Of a DNA stretch of 64,000 nt, positions 23,958-36,262 are shown piece by piece. Origin of the DNA: Heterodontus francisci. Lineage: Eukaryota. The notes beneath the pieces were generated by a model that saw only the letters and a list, made by a program, of their open reading frames with translations, was not told the DNA's origin and made no database searches. The DNA is taken from assembly GCF_036365525.1 (NCBI RefSeq), contig NC_090380.1, positions 91,746,194 through 91,810,193 of the forward strand, written 5' to 3'. Both the position numbers and the translations under genes were made by a program. Each line of letters opens with the position of its first letter. Positions within the stretch are counted from its first letter, which is position 1.

Positions 23958-26870
23958 TTAGAATTTAGAATTTAGATCATTACAGCGCAGTACAGGCCCT
24001 TCGGCCCTCGATGTTGCGCCGACCTGTGAAACCATCTGACCTACACTATTCCATTTTCATCCATGTGTCTATCCAATGTCCACTTAAATGCCCTTAAAGT
24101 TGGCGAATCTACTACTGCTGCAGGCAGGGCGTTCCACGCCCTTACTACTCTCTGAGTAAAGAAACTACCTCTCACATCTGTCCGATATCTATCACCCCTC
24201 AACTTGAAGCTATGTCCCCTCGTGTTTGCCATCACCATCCGAGGAAAAAGACGCTCACTATCCACCCTATCTAACCCTCTGATTATCTTATATGTCTCTA
24301 TTAAGTCACCTCTCCTCCTCCTTCTCTCCAACGAAAACAACCTCAAGTCCCTTAGCCTTTCCTCGTAAGACCTTCCCTCCATACCAGGCAACATCCTAGT
24401 AAATCTCCTCTGCACCCTTTCCATAGCTTCCACATCCTTCCTATAATGCGGTGACCAGAACTGCACGCAATACTCCAGGTGCGGTCTCACCAGAGTTTTG
24501 TACAGCTGCAGCATGACCTCGTGGCTCCGAAACTCGACCCCCCTACTAATAAAAGCTAACACACCATATGCCTTCTTAACAGCCCTATTAACCTGGTTAG
24601 CAACCTTCAGGGATTTATGCACCTGGACACCAAGATCTCTCTGTTCATCTACAGTACCAAGAATCCTCCCATTAGCCCAGTACTCTGCATTCCTGTTACT
24701 CCTTCCAAAGTGAATCACCTCACACTTTTCCGCATTAAACTCCATTTGCCATCTCTCAGCCCAGCTCTGCAGCCTATCTATGTCTCTCTGTACTCGACAA
24801 CATCCTTCGGCACTATCCACAACTCCACCGACCTTAGTGTCATCTGCAAATTTACTAACCCACCCTTCTACACCCTCTTCCAGGTCATTTATAAAAATGA
24901 CAAACAGCAGTGGCCCCAAAACAGATCCTTGCGGTACACCACTAGTAACTAAACTCCAGGATGAACATTTGCCATCAACCACCACCCTCTGTCTTCTTTC
25001 AGCTAGCCAATTTCTGATCCAAAGCTCTAAATCACCTTCAACCCCATACTTGCGTATTTTCTGCAATAGCCTACCGTGGGGAACCTTATCAAACGCCTTA
25101 CTGAAATCCATATACACCACATCCACTGCTTTACCCTCATCCACCTGTTTGGTCACCTTCTCGAAAAACTCAATAAGGTTTGTGAGGCACGACCTACCCG
25201 TCACAAAACCGTGCTGACTATCTCTAATGTACTTATTCTTTTCAAGATGATTATAAATCCTGTCTCTTATAACCTTTTCCAACATTTTACCCACAACCGA
25301 AGTAAGGCTCACAGGTCTATAATTACCAGGGCTGTCTCTACTCCCCTTCTTGAACAAGGGGACAACATTTGCAATCCTCCAGTCTTCCGGCACTATTCCT
25401 GTCGACAATGACGACATAAAGATCAAGGACAAAGGCTCTGCAATCTCCTCCCTAGCTTCCCAGAGAATCCTAGGATAAATCCCATCTGGCCCAGGGGACT
25501 TATCTATTTTCACACTTTCCAAAATTGCTAACACCTCCTCCTTGTGAACCTCAATCCCATCTAGCCTCGTAGCCTGAATCTCAGTATTCTCAACAACATT
25601 TTCTTTCTCTACTGTAAATACTGACGCAAAATATTCATTTAACACTTCCCCTATCTCCTCTGATTCCGCACACAACTTCCCACTACTATCCTTGATTGGC
25701 CCTAATCTAACTCTAGTCATTCTTTTATTCCTGATATACCTATAGAAAGCCTTAGGGTTTTCCCTGATCCGATCCACCAATGACTTCTCGTGTCCTCTCC
25801 TTGCTCTTCTTAGCTCTCCCTTTAGATCCTTCCTGGCTAGCTTGTAGCTCTCAAGCGCCCTAACTGAGCCTTCACGTCTCATCCTAACATAAGCCTTCTT
25901 CTTCCTCTTGACAAGCGCTTCAACTTCTTTAGTAAACCACGGCTCCCTCGCACGACAACTTCCTCCCTGCCTCACAGGTACATACTTATCAAGGACACGC
26001 AGTAGCTGCTCCTTGAATAAGCTCCACATTTCGATTGTTCCCATCCCCTGCAGTTTCCTTCCCCATCCTACGCATCCTAAATCTTGCCTAATCGCATCAT
26101 AATTTCCTTTCCCCCAGTTATAATTCTTGCCCTGCGGTATATACCTGTCCCTGCCCATCGCTAAGGTAAACCTAACCGAATTGTGATCACTATCACCAAA
26201 GTGCTCACCTACATCTAAATCTAACACCTGGCCGGGTTCATTTCCCAGTACCAAATCCAATGTGGCGTCGCCCCTGGTTGGCCTGTCTACATACTGTGTC
26301 AGAAAACCCTCCTGCACACACTGGACAAAAACTGACCCATCTAAAGTACTCGAACTATAGTATTTCCAGTCGATATTTGGAAAGTTAAAGTCCCCCATAA
26401 CAACTACCCTGTTACTCTCACCCCTGTCGAGAATCATCTTCGCTATCCTTTCCTCTACATCTCTGGAACTATTCGGAGGTCTATAAAAGACTCCCAACAG
26501 GGTAACCTCACCTCTCCTGTTTCTAACCTCAGCCCATACTACCTCAGTAGCCGAGTCCTCAAACGTCCTTTCTGTCGCTGTAATACTCTCCTTGATTAAC
26601 AATGCCACACCCCCCCCTCTTTTACCATCTTCTCTGTTCTTACTGAAACATCTAAATCCAGGAATCTGCAACATCCATTCCTGCCCCTGCTCTACCCATG
26701 TCTCCGAAATGGCCACTACATCGAGATCCCAGGTACCAACCCATGCTGCAAGCTCACCCACCTTATTCCGGATGCTCCTGGCGTTGAAATAGACACACTT
26801 TAAACCAGGTTCTTGCTTGCCAGTGCCCTCTTGCGTCCTTGTAACCATATCCCTGACCTCACTACTCTCA
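23958..26870 (-). mobile_element. Young CR1 LINE, 5'-truncated, intronic and antisense to the gene
   Basis: (ttctaaa)n tail at ~23958-23977 and uninterrupted ORF2. Confidence 0.95.
24041..26848 (-). CDS. CR1 ORF2: APE endonuclease + reverse transcriptase (935 aa, open)
   Basis: YFNARS, ISETW, GDFNFP, SDHN (EN); GVPQGSVLGP, FADDTK (RT). Confidence 0.95.
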   Translation of the reverse strand: MVTRTQEGTGKQEPGLKCVYFNARSIRNKVGELAAWVGTWDLDVVAISETWVEQGQEWMLQIPGFRCFSKNREDGKRGGGVALLIKESITATERTFEDSATEVVWAEVRNRRGEVTLLGVFYRPPNSSRDVEERIAKMILDRGESNRVVVMGDFNFPNIDWKYYSSSTLDGSVFVQCVQEGFLTQYVDRPTRGDATLDLVLGNEPGQVLDLDVGEHFGDSDHNSVRFTLAMGRDRYIPQGKNYNWGKGNYDAIRQDLGCVGWGRKLQGMGTIEMWSLFKEQLLRVLDKYVPVRQGGSCRAREPWFTKEVEALVKRKKKAYVRMRREGSVRALESYKLARKDLKGELRRARRGHEKSLVDRIRENPKAFYRYIRNKRMTRVRLGPIKDSSGKLCAESEEIGEVLNEYFASVFTVEKENVVENTEIQATRLDGIEVHKEEVLAILESVKIDKSPGPDGIYPRILWEAREEIAEPLSLIFMSSLSTGIVPEDWRIANVVPLFKKGSRDSPGNYRPVSLTSVVGKMLEKVIRDRIYNHLEKNKYIRDSQHGFVTGRSCLTNLIEFFEKVTKQVDEGKAVDVVYMDFSKAFDKVPHGRLLQKIRKYGVEGDLELWIRNWLAERRQRVVVDGKCSSWSLVTSGVPQGSVLGPLLFVIFINDLEEGVEGWVSKFADDTKVGGVVDSAEGCCRVQRDIDRLQSWAERWQMEFNAEKCEVIHFGRSNRNAEYWANGRILGTVDEQRDLGVQVHKSLKVANQVNRAVKKAYGVLAFISRGVEFRSHEVMLQLYKTLVRPHLEYCVQFWSPHYRKDVEAMERVQRRFTRMLPGMEGRSYEERLRDLRLFSLERRRRRGDLIETYKIIRGLDRVDSERLFPRMVMANTRGHSFKLRGDRYRTDVRGSFFTQRVVRAWNALPAAVVDSPTLRAFKWTLDRHMDENGIV

Positions 26871-27135
26871 TTCTTAAGTATTTACATTCCTGATTCAGAA
26901 TTGATAAAATATTTTGATTCAGGATGCTACCTAGTTATCTAAAATTGGTGTTTATTGAAACTTATCTTGTTACTTCATCAGTGCTTTCTTTATTAAAGGA
27001 CAGTTTTCCAAATTATCCTCATAAAATCAGACATACGTGCATGATTAATGCCAGCTTGGAAAAGTAGACGCCCGCTTTTCCAAATACACCAAAATGTATC
27101 GAGTAGTTTCCCGTAGAGAATATCGATTCTGGGCT

Positions 27136-27360
27136 AGCAAAATGCTGCAAAGTTGGAAATCTGAAATAAAAACTGAGAATGCTGAAAACACAGAGCAGGT
27201 CAGTCAGCACCTGTGGAGAAAATGGAAAAGTTATGTAGACCTTTCCATATGACTCCTGTTTTAGAAGAAGATTCACACCCACCAAAAAAAACTTTTCTGT
27301 TCTTTCGACAGACGTTTGACTATCTGCTGTTTGTTTCCAGCATTTTTTTGCTTTTGCTTC
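27136..27360. mobile_element. Degenerate mini inverted Penelope-terminus element
   Basis: caaaatgctgca...ggaaatctgaaa arm and an inverted ccagcattttt arm. Confidence 0.55.
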
Positions 27361-27404
27361 ATTTGGTCCAGGCTATTTTCACCTTTTTCATGCTGTGTCC
27401 AGAA

Positions 27405-27680
27405 TAAAGGGGCATAGCCTTAATATTAGAGCTAGGCCATTCAAGGATGATGTCAGGAAGCACTTCTTTACATACAGTGCAGTGGAAATCTGGAACTCTC
27501 TCCCCCAAAATGCTATTTAGGCTAGTTCAGTTGGAAATTTCAGAACTGAGGTTGAGAGATTTTTTTTTAAGAGAGGGTATTAAGAGTTACAGAGCCAAGA
27601 GGTAGATGGAGTTAAGATACAGATCAGAGATAATCTAATTGAATGAAGGAACAGGCTTGAATGGCCTACCCCTGTTCTCA
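27405..27680 (+). mobile_element. CR1 3' fragment
   Basis: gggcatagcct...gtggaaatctggaactctct...atggcctac 3'-UTR motifs. Confidence 0.7.
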
Positions 27681-28202
27681 TTTATTCCCTGTGCATTCCT
27701 GTGCATAAAACTGCCATCTTTCTTACATACCATAGCAACCTATTTCCTGATAAAGGAGGATTTCTGATTTTGAAACCTGAGCAATGGTCTGCGTATAGCT
27801 GAGTAGTAATGCAGAAGATATCAGCATTCCAAGCTCCAGATAGTCTGGTGGTGTGTTATGTTCTTTGCCTTTCTAATGATTTGAGTTTTATCCTATCATT
27901 TTCAGTTTAGTGTTGAGTAGATGCCCATGTTCCTTGGAGAGCTAGGAGAGAAAGCTTTATTTACATTTTCCAGATTTTCAGTCCTCTCAGGTTGTAGCTA
28001 AATTTCCTCTATATTCACAACACAGTCATTGGTGTGGATTACAACCATTAATTCTGAGCAAGAAGATAGGACAATGGTGCAATGTCCTTCTTTCATTCCC
28101 TACACAGTACATCTTTTTAGCCTTAACTATATTTATCTTTGCTGTTATTTTGTATGTTTTTCTAATGATCTGACTTTATTGTTGTTCCTTAAAACCCTCC
28201 AG

Positions 28203-28760
28203 TACCAGGTACCACCTCAGACAGCAACAGGGGGAGACTTTGACTGCCAAATAATAGGAGAGGCATTCTGCCATTGGTTCTTTGTTCTTCTGAATTCCCA
28301 GAATCCTTCGTTTGGCCGACAGCCAGAAGAGTGGGGTCCACAGCACTTTTGGGATGATGTAGTCTTTCACTTTGCTTATTCTGTTCATGAAGACCGAAGA
28401 GAGCAATATCAGAGTTCAGAATTGGTCAGTCAGCGCTTGCTGTACCTGGTGAAGGATGAACAACTGCTCTTTAATCCCAACATCAGTATGAATGGCATGA
28501 GATGTGCAACTTCTCCACATGGAATAGTTGCTATAGCAGTGGCTGGCACCATTCATAAGAACTCGCAGTGCCTGGGTATTTTTGAGCAGCTCTTTGGACT
28601 GATCCGTACACCAGTTGGTGGAAACAACTGGAAAATCAAATATGTTAACCTTCAGGTGAAAGCTTTGAATGATCAGCAGGAAATTATCCAACCCAGTTTA
28701 TCTATTGAGCTGCCTGCACTACAGGCCCATCTCAATGAATTAAGTGTATTTCTCATGTAA
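28203..28760 (+). CDS. C3orf38: C3orf38-like copy 2, terminal coding exon
   Basis: Acceptor AG at 28201-28202, phase 0 (alternative in-frame AG at 28207-28208). GEAFCHWFF...WGPQHFW...CLGIFEQLFGLIR. The three-exon join gives ~592 aa. Confidence 0.88.
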   Translation, partial: YQVPPQTATGGDFDCQIIGEAFCHWFFVLLNSQNPSFGRQPEEWGPQHFWDDVVFHFAYSVHEDRREQYQSSELVSQRLLYLVKDEQLLFNPNISMNGMRCATSPHGIVAIAVAGTIHKNSQCLGIFEQLFGLIRTPVGGNNWKIKYVNLQVKALNDQQEIIQPSLSIELPALQAHLNELSVFLM

Positions 28761-28908
28761 TTTATTCCAGAAATAGATCATGCCCAACTTCACATCCCTG
28801 GGTGGTAAGCTGGTGGAGGGATGAAAACTGGGCAGGTTCTACTGCTCCACCAGGTTACCACTAGGAAGCAAAGTTGAAAATGATCCGCATAGCTTCTGTA
28901 ATTCAAAT

Positions 28909-29228
28909 GCGGCACAGCGGCGCAGTGGTTAGCACCGCAGCCTCACAACTCCAGGGACCTGGGTTCAATTCTGGGTACTGCCTGTGCGGAGTTTGCAAGT
29001 TCTCCCTGTGACCGCGTGGGTTTTCGCTGGGTGCTCTGGTTTCCTCCCACAGTCAAAGACTTGCAGATGATAGGTAAATTGGCCATTGTAAATTGCCCCT
29101 AGTGTAGGTAGGTGGTAGGGAATATGGGATTACTGTAGGGTTAGTATAAATGGGTGGTTGTTTGTTGGCACAGACTCGGTGGGCTGAAGGGCCTGTTTCA
29201 GTGCTGTATCTCTAAATAAATAAAAAAA
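28909..29228 (+). mobile_element. tRNA-derived V-SINE (HE1-like)
   Basis: A box (ggcgcagtggttagc), B box (gggttcaattc), V-domain gtgcggagtttgca...ttctccctgtg and an (aaat)n tail. Confidence 0.85.
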
Positions 29229-29486
29229 CTTTGACCTATGAAAATGTTGCTAAAAATTCAAATTTAATAAGTACACACAAATAATTGCATTTTGCAATCA
29301 ACTGCGAAGTTCTGTTCATGGGATGAAGTAGAAGTAGACTTCTTTTGTGCATTTATGCTAATATGCTAGTGTACATTGAACTACTTTTGAGCAATTATTT
29401 TTATAGACTGTTTTATATTAGGATGAATCATTTTAGACAAGATGGGCTATCTTTTTATCCTACTGCCTGAACATATAATCTGGCAT

Positions 29487-29647
29487 AATAAAAGGAAAAT
29501 ACTGCAGATGCTGGAAATCTGAAATAAAAACAAGAAATGCTGAAAATGCTCAGCAAGTCTGGCAGCATCTGTGGAGAGAGAAGCATCTCTGCTTCTCTCT
29601 CCACAGATGCTGCCAGACCTGCTGAGTATTTCCGGCATTTCTTGTAT
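29487..29647. mobile_element. Mini inverted Penelope-terminus element with 14-bp TSD
   Basis: Palindromic arms; atataatctggcat duplicated at 29473-29486 and 29648-29661. Confidence 0.85.
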
Positions 29648-31129
29648 ATATAATCTGGCATTGTGGATTGGTTTCCCATTATGGAACCACTCTTCAGCCA
29701 CAATAATATATACCTTAGCAGTCACCTAATAGAGGCTTATGAGATTCTTGACGGAATCGAGAACGGAATCCTGAAATAATACTTACAGAACTACCAGGGC
29801 AGCAGTAGAAGAGGTCACGGTTTTGGGGGTTGTGGGGGTGCATGTTTAAAGCCTTCAAGGAATAAGTTTCATACAGACGGTGATCAAAAGCTGCAATGGA
29901 TTACCAGACGGGTGGTTGAAGCCAGGGTCCATTTAAGAAATATTTAGATGCTATAATAGGAAGCTAATGAAGTTGATATTCGAGATGGATGAGACCATAT
30001 AGGCTAAAGGGCATTTTTCATCTGAATCTATCTTGTGATCTTATGAAAAGATTTTGTGTGAGGAAGTAACATTCTTTATATGTTGATGGCAGTGTTTGTT
30101 GAGTTATGTGCATGATTGAACTCATGACAATTTTGCCTGAGAACTAAAATTAGGTACTTATTTTTCAAATAGATTTTTCTTAATTATATTTTCTGAACTC
30201 CAATTTAATATGATTATGGTACTGTCATTTCAGCAAGTGTCACTGTCCTCTGCATTCCTATAGGGACTGATAGGCCAACAGATTTGATATAGAGTCCTTG
30301 GCATTTCTCCAGTACAATGTCCTGCCTTGGATGTCGGTTCACAAAACAGGGGTCCTTCAATTGTTACAAACAATAAACATGGTCTCGGTGGATTATTTGG
30401 AGGCTTTTTATTCACGTTAATTTGAATAAATAGCTAATATATAGCTGAATTGCACTATTGTTGCTCAGAGAACCTATCCTACCACTAATAGGTTTTTCTT
30501 AAGATAGACAACGCTTTCAAAAAAGATGATTTAGGGTAGAAATTCCTTTATTATTTTTAGAGAACAAGTCCATGTGCTCATGTACAATTGCAGTGAGTGC
30601 TGTTTTGATGAAGTCATTAGTACATTTATAATAAGTTAATTGATTGTTAAAAGTGGTGAACTCATGAACTTAATACAAACTTATTAAGAAATGGACTGAA
30701 TATAACCAACAAATGAACTTTAATCCCTTTGTGTTTCTTTGATAGCATGTCAGCAAGTAGACATATTGTAATGAAGTAATGCAGAGAACAAGTCATAGAA
30801 GAGATCGAAGAGATTTTCTAGTTATTTACATAAGGGATATGGGGTGGAGGGGTTGGAGGAAGATCCACAGAAACCTCAGAGAAATGGCATAAATGATCTT
30901 CTGCTGAGGCCAGCAGAACCTCAGCAGAAATTCAGTCCCGTTGTTCCTAAGAGATTGTAACAAATGAGAGATTGTAACAAGAGATTGTAACAGCACAGTG
31001 GACTGAAACAAATATAAAAACAAGGTACAGGACAACTAAAATATTATTAATTTATAGGTTATAGATGATAGACTTGGGGCAAAAATATTTAACTGAACAA
31101 CTCTTTACCATGATGGAGCTCTTAAAGGA

Positions 31130-31665
31130 TTTTGGTGAGACCACACCTCGAATACTGTGTGCAGTTTTGCTCAGCATATTTAAGGAAGGATATATTTGCA
31201 TTGGAGGCAGTACAGCAAAGGTTCACTAGATTGGTCCCTGGTATGATAGGTTGTCCTATAATGAGAGGCTGAGTAAATTAGGTCTATATTCGCTGGAGGT
31301 TAGAAGAATGAGAGGTGATCTCATTGACACATTCAAGATTGTGAAGGGACTTGACAGGATAGATACTGTTGTTTCCATTGGTTGGGGAATCTAGAACAAG
31401 GGGGCACAATTTCATGATGAGGGGCTGATCATTTAGGACTGAGATGAGAAATTTCTTCACTCAAAGGGTTGTGAATCTTTGGAATTTTCTACCCCAGGGG
31501 GTTATGGGTGCACCATCTTTGAATATATTTAAGGCTGAGATAGACAGATTATTGGTCTTTCAGGGAATCAAGGGAGTGGACGGGAAATGGAGTTGAAGCC
31601 CAAGATAAGCAGGCTTGATGGGCCATGTGATCTACTTCTGCTGCTATTTCTTATGTTCTTATGTG
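31130..31665 (+). mobile_element. CR1 3' fragment
   Basis: [12 protein letters not shown]-like sequence and a ttcttatg tail. Confidence 0.8.
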
Positions 31666-32369
31666 TAGCTTTTAAGTTTTTTTAAGGTGGTTGTAAAGTT
31701 TTCTTTGCACTTTTTGCAGCACTTTTTATCACTGCACATTTTATAATCAGATAGTTTTAATATTTTGTGAAGTTTTCTTTTACATAATACAAGTTTATTT
31801 TGAAAGTGCCTCAGATAGAATATTTCATGCTTGAGGTGATCCAAGGTGAAAGAAGACATGCTAGAGCAATCAGCAGACATCAGACCATGTCTGCAGACTT
31901 CGGGAAACTAATGACTGTTGCAGAATGTTGTCATCTGTAACAAGTGGAACTTTGCATTTAAATTTTACAATGCTTGTTTATTTTTATGTTTTCAGTGATT
32001 GTGGCAGTTGAGCCTCTTTCATTCATATGCACCAGCATGTGTCTGATAGAGAACAGCAGAGCAAAGGGGCCAAATCCTTAAAGGACACATTCATCATTCA
32101 AAATGGTGGGGTGGCTATTGCTTTGTATAAAAAGTCTTGCATTTAGCTATGAGGCATTAACAGGAACTTTTTAATATTGGTGCAGAGAGAAAGCTATCAG
32201 TTCATTTCTTTCTTTATGTTTTCTTGAGTCTTGGGTTACTAATTTTGTCTGAGAGTTTGATTTGTGTACTGTGATCAACTTGCTCAATCACTTCAGTGGC
32301 AATAAAAGTTGTTTTTACCCGCACTGAGCTGACACCTGTGCCTAACTCATGTTAACAGAGAGACGCAAT

Positions 32370-32527
32370 AAAGAAAGAAGCTGCATTCTGCAGTCACAAC
32401 ATCCAAAGTACTTCATTGCCGGTGAAGTATTTTTGAAATGTAGTCACTGTTGTAACATAACAAAATATGGCAGCCAATTTACAAACACAGGGTCCCACAA
32501 GCAGCAATGAGATAAATGACCAGATAA
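32370..32527 (-). mobile_element. SacSINE/Deu-SINE 3' fragment
   Basis: Reverse complement of the 60010-60160 segment. Confidence 0.6.
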
Positions 32528-34985
32528 TGGCCGCAAAATTGGGGCCTTTAGTACCTGTAGTTTCAGCGCTGTGGGTGACATTTTGGTACCAAAATAGTGT
32601 CCACGTCACACGTGCACACTTGCAGCATGGCCTGCACTGAACATCATCTCAGTGAGGGTATTAAGAGCATGCGCCAGAATTATGAAGAGTAGACAAGTCA
32701 CGATGTCGGTAGCGCTGATTTGATGCCAGCCCTTCCATTTTCAACCATGCCATGCCCTCTAACGCCCTTTCTTAAACACACACAGCTGAATGTGCATTCA
32801 GCAGCAGGAAGGACCATCCCCACCAGCACTATTTAAAGGGATCATCAATAACTTGCAGGTTAGTTGCTGATTAATTCCTGCTGGCTCTGCTTGAGTTGTA
32901 GAAGTTGCCGGGTGCTCTTCAGAGTTGGGTAAAGTTGTTGAAGTTGACTGTGAGTGGTGCTGCATGTGGAGAAGGCCTTGGTTGTGACTTCAATGGTTTT
33001 GGTCAGGCCACTTGCTCCCAGTCAGGGGACCACGAGGCTATCCAGACAGATACTACAAAGGCCGTGGGAGCAGATCGTGATGAAATATAGGTATAATAGG
33101 CTTACTTAGATAGAATTTAGATACAATTAATACATTAAACTTTTTAAAATTAAATATTGAATACATGGTCAGTTTTCAAGACTCACTGAAATTCCCTTTA
33201 AGGGCAGAGTTAAAAATCTATGAACCTCCCTGTTGCAATGGAACATGTACCAGAAACGCCTTTTAAGTTAAATGTACATGGCTGTACATGGTCCGTACTG
33301 ATAACTATAATCCTAATTAGTTGATAATGTTAAAGATATAGACAGACTGACGTAAGGAGATTGTACAAGGTACCATCAGAGAAACATCACAGATGATCAA
33401 TCACAAAATGGAATGTTACCTACAAGAACAGATGCCATGTAAACCCAATTTAACCTAAAAAGGAAAAAAAAGTTACTGCACAAATTTAATGAAAAATCTT
33501 TTAAGTATAAAACACATTTATAAAGTTAAGTCTTAGTGTTACTATAAAACACTACAAACATTTTGACCAGATAAAAGCTCACAACTTCGTGAGAAGGGAA
33601 TTCTCAGCAGATAGTTAATTGGGAATAAGTAGCTAATGATATAACCATATATGGACAACGAAAGTGGGGAAAAACATGCACAGAAAGGTAACAACTACAT
33701 TCCAAAAGATGAGTTAATAGATTAGAAACAGTATAAATGTGAGAGTTTTGAATCAAAAAATCAGGGGTATTGAAATTCCTCATCAATGCTTCTCAACCTA
33801 TGGTAAGAACGGCTGACTGCATGACAAGAGAATTCTGTTCTTAACCGAGAGTGTTTTGTTAAGCAGGAGGCTTACTCGGGGAATTTAAGGTAAGAGTTTA
33901 TTTTGAATTTTGATGGATATTCTAAGATATTTTGCTGTAACATTGTCAAGGTAGAACTTTTGGATTCTATTTTAGAGATAAGATTATGCTTTACATCTCT
34001 TTGTAATCTTTGATATTGTAGTATACTTATCCACTTAAAAGTGTATTGCATGATAAATTCTTCATCATTGAGCGACCATCCATCCTTGCAGACCTCTTCA
34101 GTTTTTTGCACTGGAAGAACACTTCAATCAATCCTATTCTGAGAAATAAATGCACCGTGAGTAATGAGTGTTACTAGTAGAACTGGAAGTTTCCTTCCTA
34201 CAGGCACCAATCACAGTCTGAGGCCTGTGGCAGAAGTGGAAGTTACTGACTGTGTCAATGGTTTGGACAGTAATGGCTTTATAATAGCTATTGGATCAGG
34301 GCTGTGTTGGGGCATCTCAGATGGACGTACTGGTGGGAAATGGTGAATCTATGGTGGCAAAAGGAAGTTGTCCTATGGGAACCGGAGTCTGAGCAGGCAC
34401 TTTCAGACAGCCCGTCTGAAGCAAAGGGGTCCAGAATGTAGCCTCCCTGCCTCTTTCTCTGCCTCCTCTTCCTCCTCCGGACTCCTGGTGGTAATGCCAG
34501 CACAATCATGATGGCGATGTTACGGAGGACACAGCAGAACATCACAAACTTGGACACCTGCTCCAGCATGTACTGAGGGTTCCCCCCGAGCGGTCCGGGC
34601 ATTGGAAGCATTACTTGAGCATGCCGATGGTCAGCTCCATTATATTCCTGGTGGCTCCCTGGATCTCATTATATGTCTGCTGTCCTGACATGGCTGGGTG
34701 GTGGAAATGCCTTTGCTCCCAACAGGAATGGCTGGCTGTCTCAGAAGGATGGCATCATGGCTGCTGCCAGGATAATTGCCGTTCACTGATATGTACTCTG
34801 CTTGGTCACACACCAACTGCACATTGAGAGAATGGGAGCCCTTGCAGTCCCTGCACCTCTCCCCATTGTCATGTGGTCCCATAGAGTGATGTGCTTGCAG
34901 TCGCTGTTGTCCTGCACCATCACGATTCCCGCTATGTTGGAAAAGCCCTCTCACCCTGCTTTTCCCTACTGAGGGAGAAAACAAT

Positions 34986-35687
34986 GGGCTGAATTTTATA
35001 AAGCCCTCAATGTCGGGAACGGTGGCAGAGGGGCATGGAGATTGCTTCGGGTGATGTCCACCACCGACCTCGACGCCAGCAGGGCCCTTCCCGATCTCTG
35101 TGGCAGCGGCAAGGCCTCGTGTTGGCTCCCCTGCCGCTCGGCAACGGGACCTGCATTACAATATGCAGATGGGCACTTGCCATTCATTAACATGCAGGCC
35201 GCTGCGATTCAGACAGCAGATTGAGACCTTCATCCTGGCAGTCAGCATCGACGTGCCTTTGGATCCCTGTCTGGGCAAGCGAGGCACGACTCCTGTGGGA
35301 AAGGGGGAGGAGGTACTTTTCTTGGTGTGGGAGGGGGCGGGGTCAAATTCTTTTAGGGATGGTGGGAAGTGGTTGAGGGTGACATTTTATGAATTTTGGG
35401 GGAGGGCAGGTCACGTAGTCAAGGTAAGTATTTTGGGGGGATGAGTGGGCAAGGAATTAAATTAAATGGTGGGGGGCTGGGGGTGGTAGGAGAGGGGATG
35501 GAAAGATTTTTAAAACTATTTTTAATACTTTTAAATGCAATTTGCCTTTAAGATTTGAAGCGGTCGTTTGGGGCTGTAAGCCCTTTAAAAATGGCACCGG
35601 CACCTGCACAGTGGTGCCAGGCAGCTCCACAACGAGTGTATGAGCCCACATTTTTCTCATCGTCGGCAGGCCTATAGAATCCAGCCC
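34986..35687. mobile_element. Harbinger-type MITE inserted in the Harbinger transposase
   Basis: TIR gggctgaattttat / atagaatccagccc; TSD aat (34983-34985, 35688-35690). Confidence 0.8.
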
Positions 35688-36262
35688 AATGTATCCAGCT
35701 CTCCTGGCATAAATGCCCTCCATCACCTCCCAGATGTATTCATGAAAGCTATACTGGGAGATGCTGGATATGTGGCATGCTCCCACCTGGAAAGGTCTGG
35801 ATTCATAAAAGTTTAATGCCACTGTGACCTTCACAGCCACTGGCAGTGCCTTATGTGAGGCTCCAGGTCAGGTCGAAGGAGGTGGCACATTTCTATGTTG
35901 AATCTCAGGAACTGCCCCTGGGTCAGGTGGAGGTAGCACAAGTACTATCGAAAAGCCCATGGTGGGTAGGGCCTTCTGTGGAGAGCCCTCCTCCTACCTC
36001 TTGGCATAGCTTCCCCTCTCTGCAGCCTCTGCTCCATTTCTCGGTCATCTTGCAGACCCAGAGGCACTGCAACCACAGCCCCCATACCTCATGCAGTCAA
36101 ATCACCAAATCCTCTGGTCTCCCCGAATGTATGTAGCAGCTCACCACAAAACATCCAAAACCAAGCCTCAGCACTTCCACATAACTTTGGCACAGCAGAA
36201 GAAAGTAAAAAGTACCTCACCTGTGAGTTGAATGTCTGGCCCTTTAAATAATGCGAAGGGAG

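Noticed and set aside
28915-28985. tRNA gene
   Set aside because: A/B boxes belong to a V-SINE head; it continues into SINE body with no complete cloverleaf.
30950-30992. gagattgtaacaa x3 short repeat
   Set aside because: Simple local slippage duplication with no further structure.
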